The position numbers were made by a program, and so were the translations under genes. Below, one piece after another: positions 26,527 through 34,975 of a DNA stretch of 64,000 bases. Below the pieces are notes generated by a model that was not told the origin of the DNA, searched no databases, and saw only the letters and a program-made list of their open reading frames with translations. Origin of the DNA: a virus; the IMG/VR virus record IMGVR_UViG_3300046332_000238, positions 40,720 through 104,719 of that record, one strand, 5' to 3'. Every line of letters begins with the position of its first letter. The stretch's first letter is position 1.

Positions 26527-27118
26527 AATCTGAATTTTGTTTTAGTTGTTTGCTTATCCAAGATGCACTTTTATTGTAATAAGAAGCAGCTTCACCACAT
26601 GAATTGAATGTACCATCAGGAGTTATTATTTTTTTATGCAAATAATTAGAATCTCGACTTCTGGCAGATTTTGACATGACTTTACGGCTTTCATCTGTGT
26701 GTTTTCGGCCATACATTGGATGGTTGGTTTTATCACAATAACGTTTTTTTGCTTGAGATGAAATATTATTGTTGTGTTCTGTGGAGTAACAATTTGTTTT
26801 ACCTTTATTCCATGGTGCGAATCCAATGCGTCCTTCACCACCAGTGGTTGAATTGTATCCAGATTTAAAAGAATTATATTCAGTTATAAAATGAGATTCC
26901 ATAACATTTAATGTATAATCGAGGTCTTTTGATTGATATAAAAGGTACCATTCGAAATTTTCCCAACCATGTTTACAAATTGCACGATAAAATTTAAAAT
27001 TATATTTTTTATATTTGGCTTTGTGTGAATTTTTTCTTGCTGGCCATTTAGAATCAAAACCAATATATACTTTGTTATTGATTTTATTGACACATTTGTA
27101 AATTGAATAAATAGACAT
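26510..27118 (-). CDS. GIY-YIG homing endonuclease (NUMOD3)
   Basis: IYSIYK..N..N.KVYIG, GYN.T.GGEG, PWNKG, HPMYGRKHT. Confidence 0.85.
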   Translation of the reverse strand: MSIYSIYKCVNKINNKVYIGFDSKWPARKNSHKAKYKKYNFKFYRAICKHGWENFEWYLLYQSKDLDYTLNVMESHFITEYNSFKSGYNSTTGGEGRIGFAPWNKGKTNCYSTEHNNNISSQAKKRYCDKTNHPMYGRKHTDESRKVMSKSARSRDSNYLHKKIITPDGTFNSCGEAASYYNKSASWISKQLKQNSDFKTSV

Positions 27119-27183
27119 GCTGGCATTCTCCTAAAATGTTAGAGTATGTGCGGATTGCAGTCCGGCGACATACAATTATTTAG
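27119..27183 (-). ncRNA. conserved structured leader, copy 3
   Basis: CTAAATA att GTATGT cgc CGGA ctgcaa TCCG c ACATAC tcta aCATT ttaggag AATG ccagc ATG. Confidence 0.7.
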
Positions 27184-27191
27184 GCACATAT

Positions 27192-27797
27192 ATGACAGAA
27201 ACCACTGGGTTTGAAGCTTTTTGTTTATTCCACAGTTTAAAATTGCACTTTACTGGTGATTATGATTATGTGAAATACCATGGTAAGACTAATGTTTCTA
27301 AAGACACCTTTGCAAACAGGAAAGACAAGTACACTTTCTACAAATTGTCACGCAAATATAATCTAGAGAATTTAAAAGACTTCTATATTGCAAACTTTTT
27401 GGAGAAAGATGTAAGTTGGATCGGTGATATCTCCAGTGTTGAAGGTGAAGAAAACCTCAAGAAGTGGCAGAAGCGTAGTCAGAGTCTATCATATAGATTC
27501 GAACAGGACGTTCTTGGTGTATTAAACAATATCAATTCACCTAATGAGATGTTGGTTGTGAATGATGGACAACATCCACTTCTATTGAATGAGGTAATGC
27601 AAGGAACTATTGCCATAGAAACACTGGTGATAATGAATGATATTATGAACTTCTTTCCTATGTGGAATAAGAAAATCAATGATACGATTATCTGGCCTGC
27701 ATTTAAGAAGAAGTGTGAAAAGTACCTGCCGTTCTTACACTATGATAAGAACAAATTTAAAGGTATATTAAAAGAATGTCTGGCAGAGTACGCCTAA
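27192..27797 (+). CDS. 59: helicase loader gp59
   Basis: LKLHF...YDY.KY.GK, F..RKD...F.KL; 33-59-32 synteny. Confidence 0.85.
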   Translation: MTETTGFEAFCLFHSLKLHFTGDYDYVKYHGKTNVSKDTFANRKDKYTFYKLSRKYNLENLKDFYIANFLEKDVSWIGDISSVEGEENLKKWQKRSQSLSYRFEQDVLGVLNNINSPNEMLVVNDGQHPLLLNEVMQGTIAIETLVIMNDIMNFFPMWNKKINDTIIWPAFKKKCEKYLPFLHYDKNKFKGILKECLAEYA

Positions 27798-27831
27798 ATA
27801 TGTTGACACAGGTGAATGCTTGTGTTATACT
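27794..27831 (+). promoter_or_regulatory. late motif (CTAAATA) plus sigma70 promoter for gene 32
   Basis: CTAAATA 27794-27800; TTGACA 27803-27808, 17 nt, TATACT 27826-27831. Confidence 0.7.
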
Positions 27832-27898
27832 AGTAGTTGATTATGCAATATGTGAAATAATCCGTTTTATATTCCGTTAATACGAAAGGCAACAAATT

Positions 27899-28807
27899 AT
27901 GGCAATTGATTTTTCAAAACTCAAAACATCTTCAGGTAATCTAGACAAACTCACCAAAGCAATCGAAGCACTAAACAGTTCTTCCGATGGCAACGACAGC
28001 AAAGAAAAATTCTGGCGTCCCGAAGTAGATAAGTCTGGCAATGGCATGGCAACAATCCGATTCCTCCCTGCACCTGGTGCTGATGGTGACGATGGTCTGC
28101 CTTGGGTTAAAATCTTCTCACATGGTTTCCAAGGTCCAGGTGGATGGTTGATTGATAACTGTCTGACTACCAAGAACCAACAATGTCCAGTATGTGAACA
28201 CAATTCAACATTGTGGAATTCTGGCATCGAAGCAAATAAAGAAATCGTCCGTAAGCAAAAACGTAAACTTAATTACATTGCTAACGTGTACATCGTTTCT
28301 GATCCTAAGCATCCAGAGAATGAAGGCAAAGTATTCTTGTTCAAATTTGGTAAAAAGATTTTTGACAAGATTAACGAAGCAATGAATCCACAGTTCGCTG
28401 ATGAAGAAGCAATCAATCCATTTGATATGTGGAAAGGTGCTAACTTCAAACTGAAGATTCGTAAAGTTGAGGGTTATCAGAACTATGATAAGTCTGAATT
28501 TGAATCTGCATCACCATTGAATAGTGATGATGACGAACTGGAAGCAATCTGGAAGATGGAACATTCTCTGTCAGACTTGGTTGGCGACAAAGAATTTAAA
28601 TCATATGATGACCTAAAAGGTCGTTTGGATAAAGTTCTTGGTTTGAATGGTGCAGTTATTGCACCAAAGACCACTGTTGAACAGATCAAGGAAGATAACC
28701 GTGTAATCAGAGACAATCCAGCAGCTAAACCTGTTGTGTCTCGCGCACCGGAAGTCACTGAAGATGATGACGATATGGCATATTTCTCAAAACTTGCCGA
28801 AGATTAA
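27899..28807 (+). CDS. 32: single-stranded DNA-binding protein gp32
   Basis: DK.GNG.A.IRFLP, HGFQGPGGW, CP.CE, NYDKSEF, acidic tail. Confidence 0.95.
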   Translation: MAIDFSKLKTSSGNLDKLTKAIEALNSSSDGNDSKEKFWRPEVDKSGNGMATIRFLPAPGADGDDGLPWVKIFSHGFQGPGGWLIDNCLTTKNQQCPVCEHNSTLWNSGIEANKEIVRKQKRKLNYIANVYIVSDPKHPENEGKVFLFKFGKKIFDKINEAMNPQFADEEAINPFDMWKGANFKLKIRKVEGYQNYDKSEFESASPLNSDDDELEAIWKMEHSLSDLVGDKEFKSYDDLKGRLDKVLGLNGAVIAPKTTVEQIKEDNRVIRDNPAAKPVVSRAPEVTEDDDDMAYFSKLAED

Positions 28808-28835
28808 ACTATACTCCTTATCAAAGTAAGTTTAG

Positions 28836-28860
28836 AACCCCGCCTAGTGCGGGGTTTTTT
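28836..28860 (+). terminator. intrinsic terminator between convergent genes
   Basis: AACCCCGC-ctagt-GCGGGGTT + T run. Confidence 0.85.
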
Positions 28861-28862
28861 GT

Positions 28863-30323
28863 TTATACGACTCTAGTTGAACCAACAATCATACGTTGGA
28901 ATGTATCATCCTGATTTCTCACAGAAGGCATTGGTGTTTCTCTGGTTGGATTCTTTCGTTTATTTGCAACAACATTGTTAACTAAACTTTGTTGTGACGT
29001 AGCAACATTTGCATCCAAATTCAATGACACATTTTCATTGATGACACTATTAAGTTTCTGACTCGTTGGCACGGGAGTAGGTGTTGTTAATGGAAAAGAT
29101 TGAGTTGCAGTACCACCAGCACTTATAGGAGTAACAGGAGAAGTTCTTTCTACTTGTATTCCAGATTTTGATTGTGGTGCTGTGTTTGCGGGTGTTGCAG
29201 TATTAGTTGGTTGTGGAACAGGTGCTGCGGCCGCAGGTGTTGCTGTTTGCTTTTTTGCGGCCGCAATTGCATCCGATTGGTCAATCAGTACATTAGCTTC
29301 TTTACTAACAGCCTCCATCAACTGTTCTGGAGGCTCATTACCATTTTTATCCTCAAAAACATATTGTCCTTCCAGTTTATCACCAAACCAACCAGTTTTA
29401 TTAAATCTTTTGTAACCCCTTTTTTCCATTATTCGTGCAACAATATCTTGTTTTTCTTTTACAGCATCATCATAGTCTTTTTGTGCATTTGATTTTTCGA
29501 AAAGTTCATCCTCTTGGTCTTTCATTAGTATTTTTTTTGCTGCTAACGCTTTATTACCACCTAACAATTCTGTTTGTTTTCTTTCACCGGCACCAATCGA
29601 ACTAGCTATAACATATGCTAAAGCGCCAGCTAATACTCCACCGGCAAGCAAAATACCAGCAGGTGATAACAAAAATGATAAAAACCAATTACCCGCAGTT
29701 GATAATAAACTCAATAATGGTTTTAAAATATTCTTCATATTCATCAGGTCAGAAAGTGAATCAAAAATACTTTCAAAGAAACCTTTAGTCTGTTCTTTTT
29801 CTTGCACTAATGAAGCAGTACCACCAACCATACCCAAAGCTTTCAATAACTCTTTGTGACGTTTATCGTCCTCAAGTTTTCTTTCTTCCGCAAAGTTATT
29901 TTCTTTTTGTCTACGTTTCTTATCTTCTTCAGAAGTTTTTTTCAATAATCCGACAATACTAATCAGCACACTTTTCATACCAGAACTTTCTTGTTCTGAT
30001 GGTGGTAAAGCAGATATCTTTTTATTCTTAGGATTTACATATTTTACACGACCCGCAAAGTTTTCAATATCTTGGCGACTACGACCAGTAATTTTACCCA
30101 ACAGTGCAGGACCAAGACGAGAACCACCAGTAAGAACTTTAGCAATGTTTAGTGGATCAAATTTTTCTTTGATGCCTTTCATTTTTGCCTGAGTTTTTAA
30201 TGAAATTGCTTTTTTAATACCAGAAAAAACTCCTGAACCTTGAATAATTTCATCAGACAACAAGGATGATAGTGACTGTTTTCTTATTGATCGTGCTTTT
30301 TGGTAGGATAAATTGTTGTCCAT
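28863..30323 (-). CDS. tape-measure/hub-associated protein (gp29-like position)
   Basis: helical, central hydrophobic segment, downstream of gp26/gp51. Confidence 0.5.
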   Translation of the reverse strand: MDNNLSYQKARSIRKQSLSSLLSDEIIQGSGVFSGIKKAISLKTQAKMKGIKEKFDPLNIAKVLTGGSRLGPALLGKITGRSRQDIENFAGRVKYVNPKNKKISALPPSEQESSGMKSVLISIVGLLKKTSEEDKKRRQKENNFAEERKLEDDKRHKELLKALGMVGGTASLVQEKEQTKGFFESIFDSLSDLMNMKNILKPLLSLLSTAGNWFLSFLLSPAGILLAGGVLAGALAYVIASSIGAGERKQTELLGGNKALAAKKILMKDQEDELFEKSNAQKDYDDAVKEKQDIVARIMEKRGYKRFNKTGWFGDKLEGQYVFEDKNGNEPPEQLMEAVSKEANVLIDQSDAIAAAKKQTATPAAAAPVPQPTNTATPANTAPQSKSGIQVERTSPVTPISAGGTATQSFPLTTPTPVPTSQKLNSVINENVSLNLDANVATSQQSLVNNVVANKRKNPTRETPMPSVRNQDDTFQRMIVGSTRVV

Positions 30324-31942
30324 TACTTTGCCCTTTGTGCTCTTATCATAGCATTAGTGTCATCTTCTTTTTTGACATTCTTTTTTGTTGTATCTGATGA
30401 ATTATCAATTGCTATATTGTTTGCTGTGTTTTTTTGTTGTTGTGCATTTAATGCTTTTTTGGCATCAGCAGATAATTTTGAACCCGAATCTATTGTTTGG
30501 CCAGAATTGTTGCCGCTTGGTATGCCCTGTGGTGTATTCGAACCAGATTTTAAATTTCTTTCTCGGTCAATATCAAGAGCTTTGCCAATTTCTTCTGGAG
30601 AATTATGTGCCTTGTTGCCACCAATTCCAGAATAAAGTGATTCGCCCCTTTTCAAATTTGTTTTTGGTAATTTTTTACCAATAGATCCTTGTTTTATATC
30701 ATATGGCACTCCAATAGATGAGAACTCTTTGGCTAGTTCTAATATAGCAGCATCTCGCGTTACATTATTTCGGCCATGCAAATAATCATCCACAAGTTTT
30801 CTTTTTCTTTTTATTATACCCTCTGAGAACAAATAGTCTTGAGTCTCTGGTGTCAAGTAAGTGGTTTTTGGATCTATTTTTAATTTTTTTACCAATTCCA
30901 ACATAGTTGGTGGAATTATTTGATAACGGCCAATAGTGAACACTGTGGTTGGTCCACCAGGTTTTAGATTTGGATTACCTTCTGGAAATTGTTTAGTTTT
31001 AGCAGCGTGATTCAAATAATCTGATATTGTCCATTTCGAAAAATTAATAGGTTCATTAGCAGGAATCATTTTATTATTGATGGTTCCCCTATTATACGCA
31101 TTATATTCATTACCATCAAAAGATTTACCAGCAGAAGATTTACTTTCAAATAAAGCAATTCTTTCTGCGGTGCTACGACTGGATGCCAATGCTGCGTTGC
31201 CAGCAGTAACCAATGCAGCACCCACAGCAACTTTGGCTGCGGTTGCTGCTGCTGATCCAGCACCTGGTGCCACTGGTGGAATTACCGGTGCACCAGGAAC
31301 TGCCGGCGGTGCTGGCGGCGCTGGTGGTTTTGGTGCTGGCGGCGCCGGTGGTTTTGCTGGAGTACCAGCTGGCGGTTTTGCTGGCGGTTTCGCTGGAGTA
31401 CCACCAGGTGGTTTCGCTGGAGTGCCACCAGGTGGTTTCGCTGGAGTGCCACCAGGTGGTTTCGCTGGAGTGCCACCAGGTGGTTTCGCTGGAGTGCCAC
31501 CAGGTGGTTTCGCTGGAGTGCCACCAGTACCGCCAGGTTTTGCTGGAGTACCACCAGTACCACCAGGTTTTGCTGGAGTACCACCAGGTTTTGCTTGTGC
31601 TGGTGCTTGTTGTGCAGGTGTTTTTTGACCTGGTTTTGAACCTTTTGTTTTCTTACCAGTCAATGCTTGTATTATTTCTTGATTGCGATTATCTTTTTCT
31701 TTCTGTTCTTCTTTGAAGTAATTCTGTTTTTCTTGTATTTCAAGTTTTTTTGCAACTTCAGACTTGACCATCATTTTGTATATCGTACCCAAAATTTCTG
31801 GATTACTTGAGTCACTCAAGTCAGTCATTGATGAATCGCCACCAAATAGTTTAGATACAAGTGAACGTGTTTTTTCAACACCACGAGATAATAGACTACT
31901 CGTGGTGCCTTTAGTTTGTTCAGATAATTCTGGTTTTGCCAT
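30323..31942 (-). CDS. tail-associated protein with Pro/Gly linker and lysozyme-like domain
   Basis: ES...YNAYN, GRYQIIP.T, P.TQD, LA.EF.S resemble lambda-R-like muramidases. Confidence 0.7.
   Translation of the reverse strand: MAKPELSEQTKGTTSSLLSRGVEKTRSLVSKLFGGDSSMTDLSDSSNPEILGTIYKMMVKSEVAKKLEIQEKQNYFKEEQKEKDNRNQEIIQALTGKKTKGSKPGQKTPAQQAPAQAKPGGTPAKPGGTGGTPAKPGGTGGTPAKPPGGTPAKPPGGTPAKPPGGTPAKPPGGTPAKPPGGTPAKPPAKPPAGTPAKPPAPPAPKPPAPPAPPAVPGAPVIPPVAPGAGSAAATAAKVAVGAALVTAGNAALASSRSTAERIALFESKSSAGKSFDGNEYNAYNRGTINNKMIPANEPINFSKWTISDYLNHAAKTKQFPEGNPNLKPGGPTTVFTIGRYQIIPPTMLELVKKLKIDPKTTYLTPETQDYLFSEGIIKRKRKLVDDYLHGRNNVTRDAAILELAKEFSSIGVPYDIKQGSIGKKLPKTNLKRGESLYSGIGGNKAHNSPEEIGKALDIDRERNLKSGSNTPQGIPSGNNSGQTIDSGSKLSADAKKALNAQQQKNTANNIAIDNSSDTTKKNVKKEDDTNAMIRAQRAK
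31401..31520 (-). repeat. five exact 24-bp tandem repeats (TPAKPPGG)
   Basis: CCACCAGGTGGTTTCGCTGGAGTG x5 with degenerate flanking copies. Confidence 0.9.
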
Positions 31943-32130
31943 TAGGTTCTCATTCGTTCTTTGATTTTCTGATTTTCTTCCTCAATATACTGAACTAACA
32001 TAGCAACATATACATCCCTTTCCCACGGCATCATATTGTCCAATTCAGTCAGACTATACTTGTGGTGTTGCATCATCGAGAAATTCGTCTTATAATGATT
32101 TCTCAGATTGTCGTGGCGAAAGGTTATACG
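31942..32130 (-). CDS. 51: gp51-like baseplate hub assembly catalyst (not in track; probably reached by -1 frameshift; first ATG at 32076)
   Basis: RITFRHDNLRNHYKTNFSMMQHHKYSLTELDNMMPWERDVYVAML... Confidence 0.8.
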   Translation of the reverse strand, partial: RITFRHDNLRNHYKTNFSMMQHHKYSLTELDNMMPWERDVYVAMLVQYIEEENQKIKERMRT

Positions 32131-32849
32131 AAAAAACTTTCCAATCCCTCCACGTTAATCGTGTGATGGAATCCACATTTCTTGCAATCCATTTCGACTG
32201 TTTCTTTTAACTTTGGTAAGTTATTAAAGAATGCTTCAACTTTACTGAATTGTTCTTGGTTCATAGTCTCAACAAAATCGACCATTTCTTCTACTGGTGT
32301 TTCTTTACCGTAGTAGAATTGTTCGCCATCGTAAATGTATTCGATACTCTGTGCAATCATATTAAATGTAATATCTGTAATATCATCATACTTGATGGAA
32401 TCTTTTACGATACCAAATTCTGGGTACTTCATTTTGACCATTAATTTATCAGTCAATTGAATCTCTGGTGAGATTGATTCATCCATCTTTACTTTAATCT
32501 CTAACAGATTAATTTGTTTTTCCATGATATTACCACACTCAACATCATCAACCTCATTATTACAACGATAACGCGAATCGATTGTTTCTCCTACCGACTT
32601 TGCACGAAGGTTGATGAAGTAATATTCAATATCAATAATAGGTAATGTATCAATGTCCACATTTTCTGTTAGTGTACAGTTGTATAGAATATCATGAATA
32701 GACTGGTGAATGGAACCGGAATCACTTGACTCCATTGCCATTAACAGATTTCTCTGTTCTTTCACCAAGAATGGTCTAAATTTAATTTTCTTTTTCGATA
32801 CTGGTAGTTCTAGTTCATATGTTGGCACATCAATTTTTGGTAAAGCCAT
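32124..32849 (-). CDS. 26: gp26-like baseplate hub assembly protein
   Basis: MALPKI..PTYEL.LP, FRPFLVKE, LRAKSVGE, C..C, GL.SFF. Confidence 0.85.
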   Translation of the reverse strand: MALPKIDVPTYELELPVSKKKIKFRPFLVKEQRNLLMAMESSDSGSIHQSIHDILYNCTLTENVDIDTLPIIDIEYYFINLRAKSVGETIDSRYRCNNEVDDVECGNIMEKQINLLEIKVKMDESISPEIQLTDKLMVKMKYPEFGIVKDSIKYDDITDITFNMIAQSIEYIYDGEQFYYGKETPVEEMVDFVETMNQEQFSKVEAFFNNLPKLKETVEMDCKKCGFHHTINVEGLESFFV

Positions 32850-32875
32850 AATAACTCCTGAATTACATTAATTAA

Positions 32876-33394
32876 TCAAAATAACGGGAACGAAAAGTCT
32901 CTTTCCCAACGAGTATAAGCAAATGTTACAGATAATTTATGATAACTGTCGGTACTCCAATCCAAATCCAATTGGTTCATTGACACTGGATATGCATCAA
33001 TTAGTTTAACAGAGTATGCTGGACGGTTTGTTACATCATATTGTGTGATTATTATGTCAGCCACATAATCACTCTTATAACCAAAGTTGTTAGTATTTGT
33101 TGGATTGATACGTTCGAACCATCTATCAAAAAATACCTTTTGAGCCATATCGTCTGTAACCATAAACGTCAGATCAACATCACTGTATGTCATCAAGTAA
33201 GGAAACTTTTCAATTGGACCATATGTTCTTTGTTCTGTGGTCGCCAATGTTTTACCTGGCAATTGAGCAGATTCGCAACGATACAACAAACTATATGATC
33301 CACCAAATTTTGGATAAATCTGTACATCAAATCGACTCGGTCTTGATAAGTCGGTTTGGAAACTAGATTTAAAACTTTGTATGCTTCCTGGCAT
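32876..33394 (-). CDS. tail tube initiator gp54 / gp19-like fold
   Basis: R.SRF.V, CE.A.LPG, L.DAYP......L.W, VTFAY..W. Confidence 0.7.
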   Translation of the reverse strand: MPGSIQSFKSSFQTDLSRPSRFDVQIYPKFGGSYSLLYRCESAQLPGKTLATTEQRTYGPIEKFPYLMTYSDVDLTFMVTDDMAQKVFFDRWFERINPTNTNNFGYKSDYVADIIITQYDVTNRPAYSVKLIDAYPVSMNQLDLDWSTDSYHKLSVTFAYTRWERDFSFPLF

Positions 33395-34018
33395 TTAGGA
33401 ATTCCTTATTTCTTCTACTGATTCTTGCCATACCTGATTAGGAGTGGCACCTTTGAATTGTTGAACTGGTATATGAATGGCAATATCCCATTCTTCAGGT
33501 AAAACGGCAAGAATTCTGGATTTCACATGGGGATACAAATAACGTTTGATGCAAGGTCTGAACTCTTTAAATCGTTTTGACGCCTCTAGGATGTCATAGG
33601 TGATGCGGATACGCTTAATTTCATCATCATCATCATTTAAGATTGCAAGTGCCATCAACTTTCGCATGAATGCCACTCTATATTTAAGTGGCAGATAATG
33701 TAGGTTGAGTCCTAGGAAACCATCATCATATCTCTGTAATGGCATAACCAGAGGAAACCTGTCATAATATGGCAAGTCATGTTTACCTTTTGGATCATAT
33801 ACAAAGAAGTACAATGCACCAATTAAGAACTTTTGTCGATTAAAAGGACTAGTATATCGACTTTTTTCTTTGGTTAATGGTATTGCAAGTCTACTTGGAT
33901 TTCTCAATTCTGCAATCTTTTTGGTTAACCAAAGAATCGATTCTCGACCCATGGTTTTCAAGTTGGCAGCAGATTTCTCGCCAGATAGTGATGTTAAGAT
34001 TGATGGTTTTATAGTCAT
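33395..34018 (-). CDS. 2: DNA end protector gp2
   Basis: YDPK.K..LPYYD.FPL, GLNLHYL, C.KRYL..HV.S. Confidence 0.85.
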   Translation of the reverse strand: MTIKPSILTSLSGEKSAANLKTMGRESILWLTKKIAELRNPSRLAIPLTKEKSRYTSPFNRQKFLIGALYFFVYDPKGKHDLPYYDRFPLVMPLQRYDDGFLGLNLHYLPLKYRVAFMRKLMALAILNDDDDEIKRIRITYDILEASKRFKEFRPCIKRYLYPHVKSRILAVLPEEWDIAIHIPVQQFKGATPNQVWQESVEEIRNS

Positions 34019-34041
34019 GGTGTATTTAGTTATAGACCTAA

Positions 34042-34506
34042 GTGATAAATATGGGACACAAACAACAATTTCTACAAGATATTATGTATTCATTCACCAT
34101 AACAACAAAAGAATTTGAAAGGATGAACAATTGTTTGTCTCTATTTTTAGACATAGACTGTCATAATATTGAATATAAAAACACTACTTTTTATACAAAA
34201 TCGTCAGGTGCGACAAAGGGCACAACAGGATACAAATACACCGAACAACAAAGAAAAAATATAAGCGATAGCCTAAAAGGAAAATCGAGTTCATGGTTAG
34301 GGAAAAAACATTCAGAAGAAACAAAAAATAAAATATCTGAACAAAAAAAAGGCAAAAAACTTTCTGAAGAAACTAAACAAAAAATGAAACTGGATGGTAG
34401 ACAAGGACGTAAACACTCAGAAGAAACAAAAGAAAAAATGAAACAATTGGCATTAATACGAGAAGAATCTAAAAGGAATCTAAAAAATCAAACTTTAGGT
34501 AATTGA
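34042..34506 (+). CDS. NUMOD3-repeat protein without a recognisable nuclease domain
   Basis: repeated GKKHSEETK.K(I/M) units; antisense to gp4 and gp2; start uncertain. Confidence 0.7.
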   Translation: MINMGHKQQFLQDIMYSFTITTKEFERMNNCLSLFLDIDCHNIEYKNTTFYTKSSGATKGTTGYKYTEQQRKNISDSLKGKSSSWLGKKHSEETKNKISEQKKGKKLSEETKQKMKLDGRQGRKHSEETKEKMKQLALIREESKRNLKNQTLGN

Positions 34507-34937
34507 TCTTCAGTAAAAATAACAAATTCCCATCCTCGATCCAAGCAATATTCTCTTGCGTGCTTCCATTTTGATTGATTTACTCCCCATGTCGTTACTT
34601 CTGTGATATATTGTTTTGTGATTCGTTTCTTCACTTCTGGTTGAACCGTCTGTTTTTTTGGTTTAACTTCTATCATCCAAGTTTTTAATAAACCATTTTT
34701 GTCTTTTACTTTTATGACAAAATCGGGAAAATAACGATGTCTATGTCCATCAACAGGAGATATATATGGTACAATAATTTCTTCACTGGACCACTCAACA
34801 ACCCAACTTTCTGTATCAAATTTATGCATAAATCTAGCTTCCCAACTGGAACGGTAGATGATATTTGTATGGTCACCCATGTATTTTTGGGGGTTGGATG
34901 GTGTAAATACACCTTTATATGCTTTTGAATATGCCAT
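34488..34937 (-). CDS. 4: head completion nuclease gp4
   Basis: P.NP.KY.GD...I.YRSSWE, W.SEE...PY, YFPDF, IEVKP. Confidence 0.9.
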   Translation of the reverse strand: MAYSKAYKGVFTPSNPQKYMGDHTNIIYRSSWEARFMHKFDTESWVVEWSSEEIIVPYISPVDGHRHRYFPDFVIKVKDKNGLLKTWMIEVKPKKQTVQPEVKKRITKQYITEVTTWGVNQSKWKHAREYCLDRGWEFVIFTEDQLPKV

Positions 34938-34975
34938 AAATACTATGTATAACTTTTAAAAAAATGAAGGAAAAA

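Noticed and set aside
27112-27137. Plus-strand sigma70 promoter in leader copy 3
   Set aside because: TAGACA and TAAAAT are only 14 nt apart
31077-31716. Long alternative-frame ORFs over the Pro/Gly repeat
   Set aside because: Shadows of a stop-free 24-bp repeat inside ORF 30323..31942
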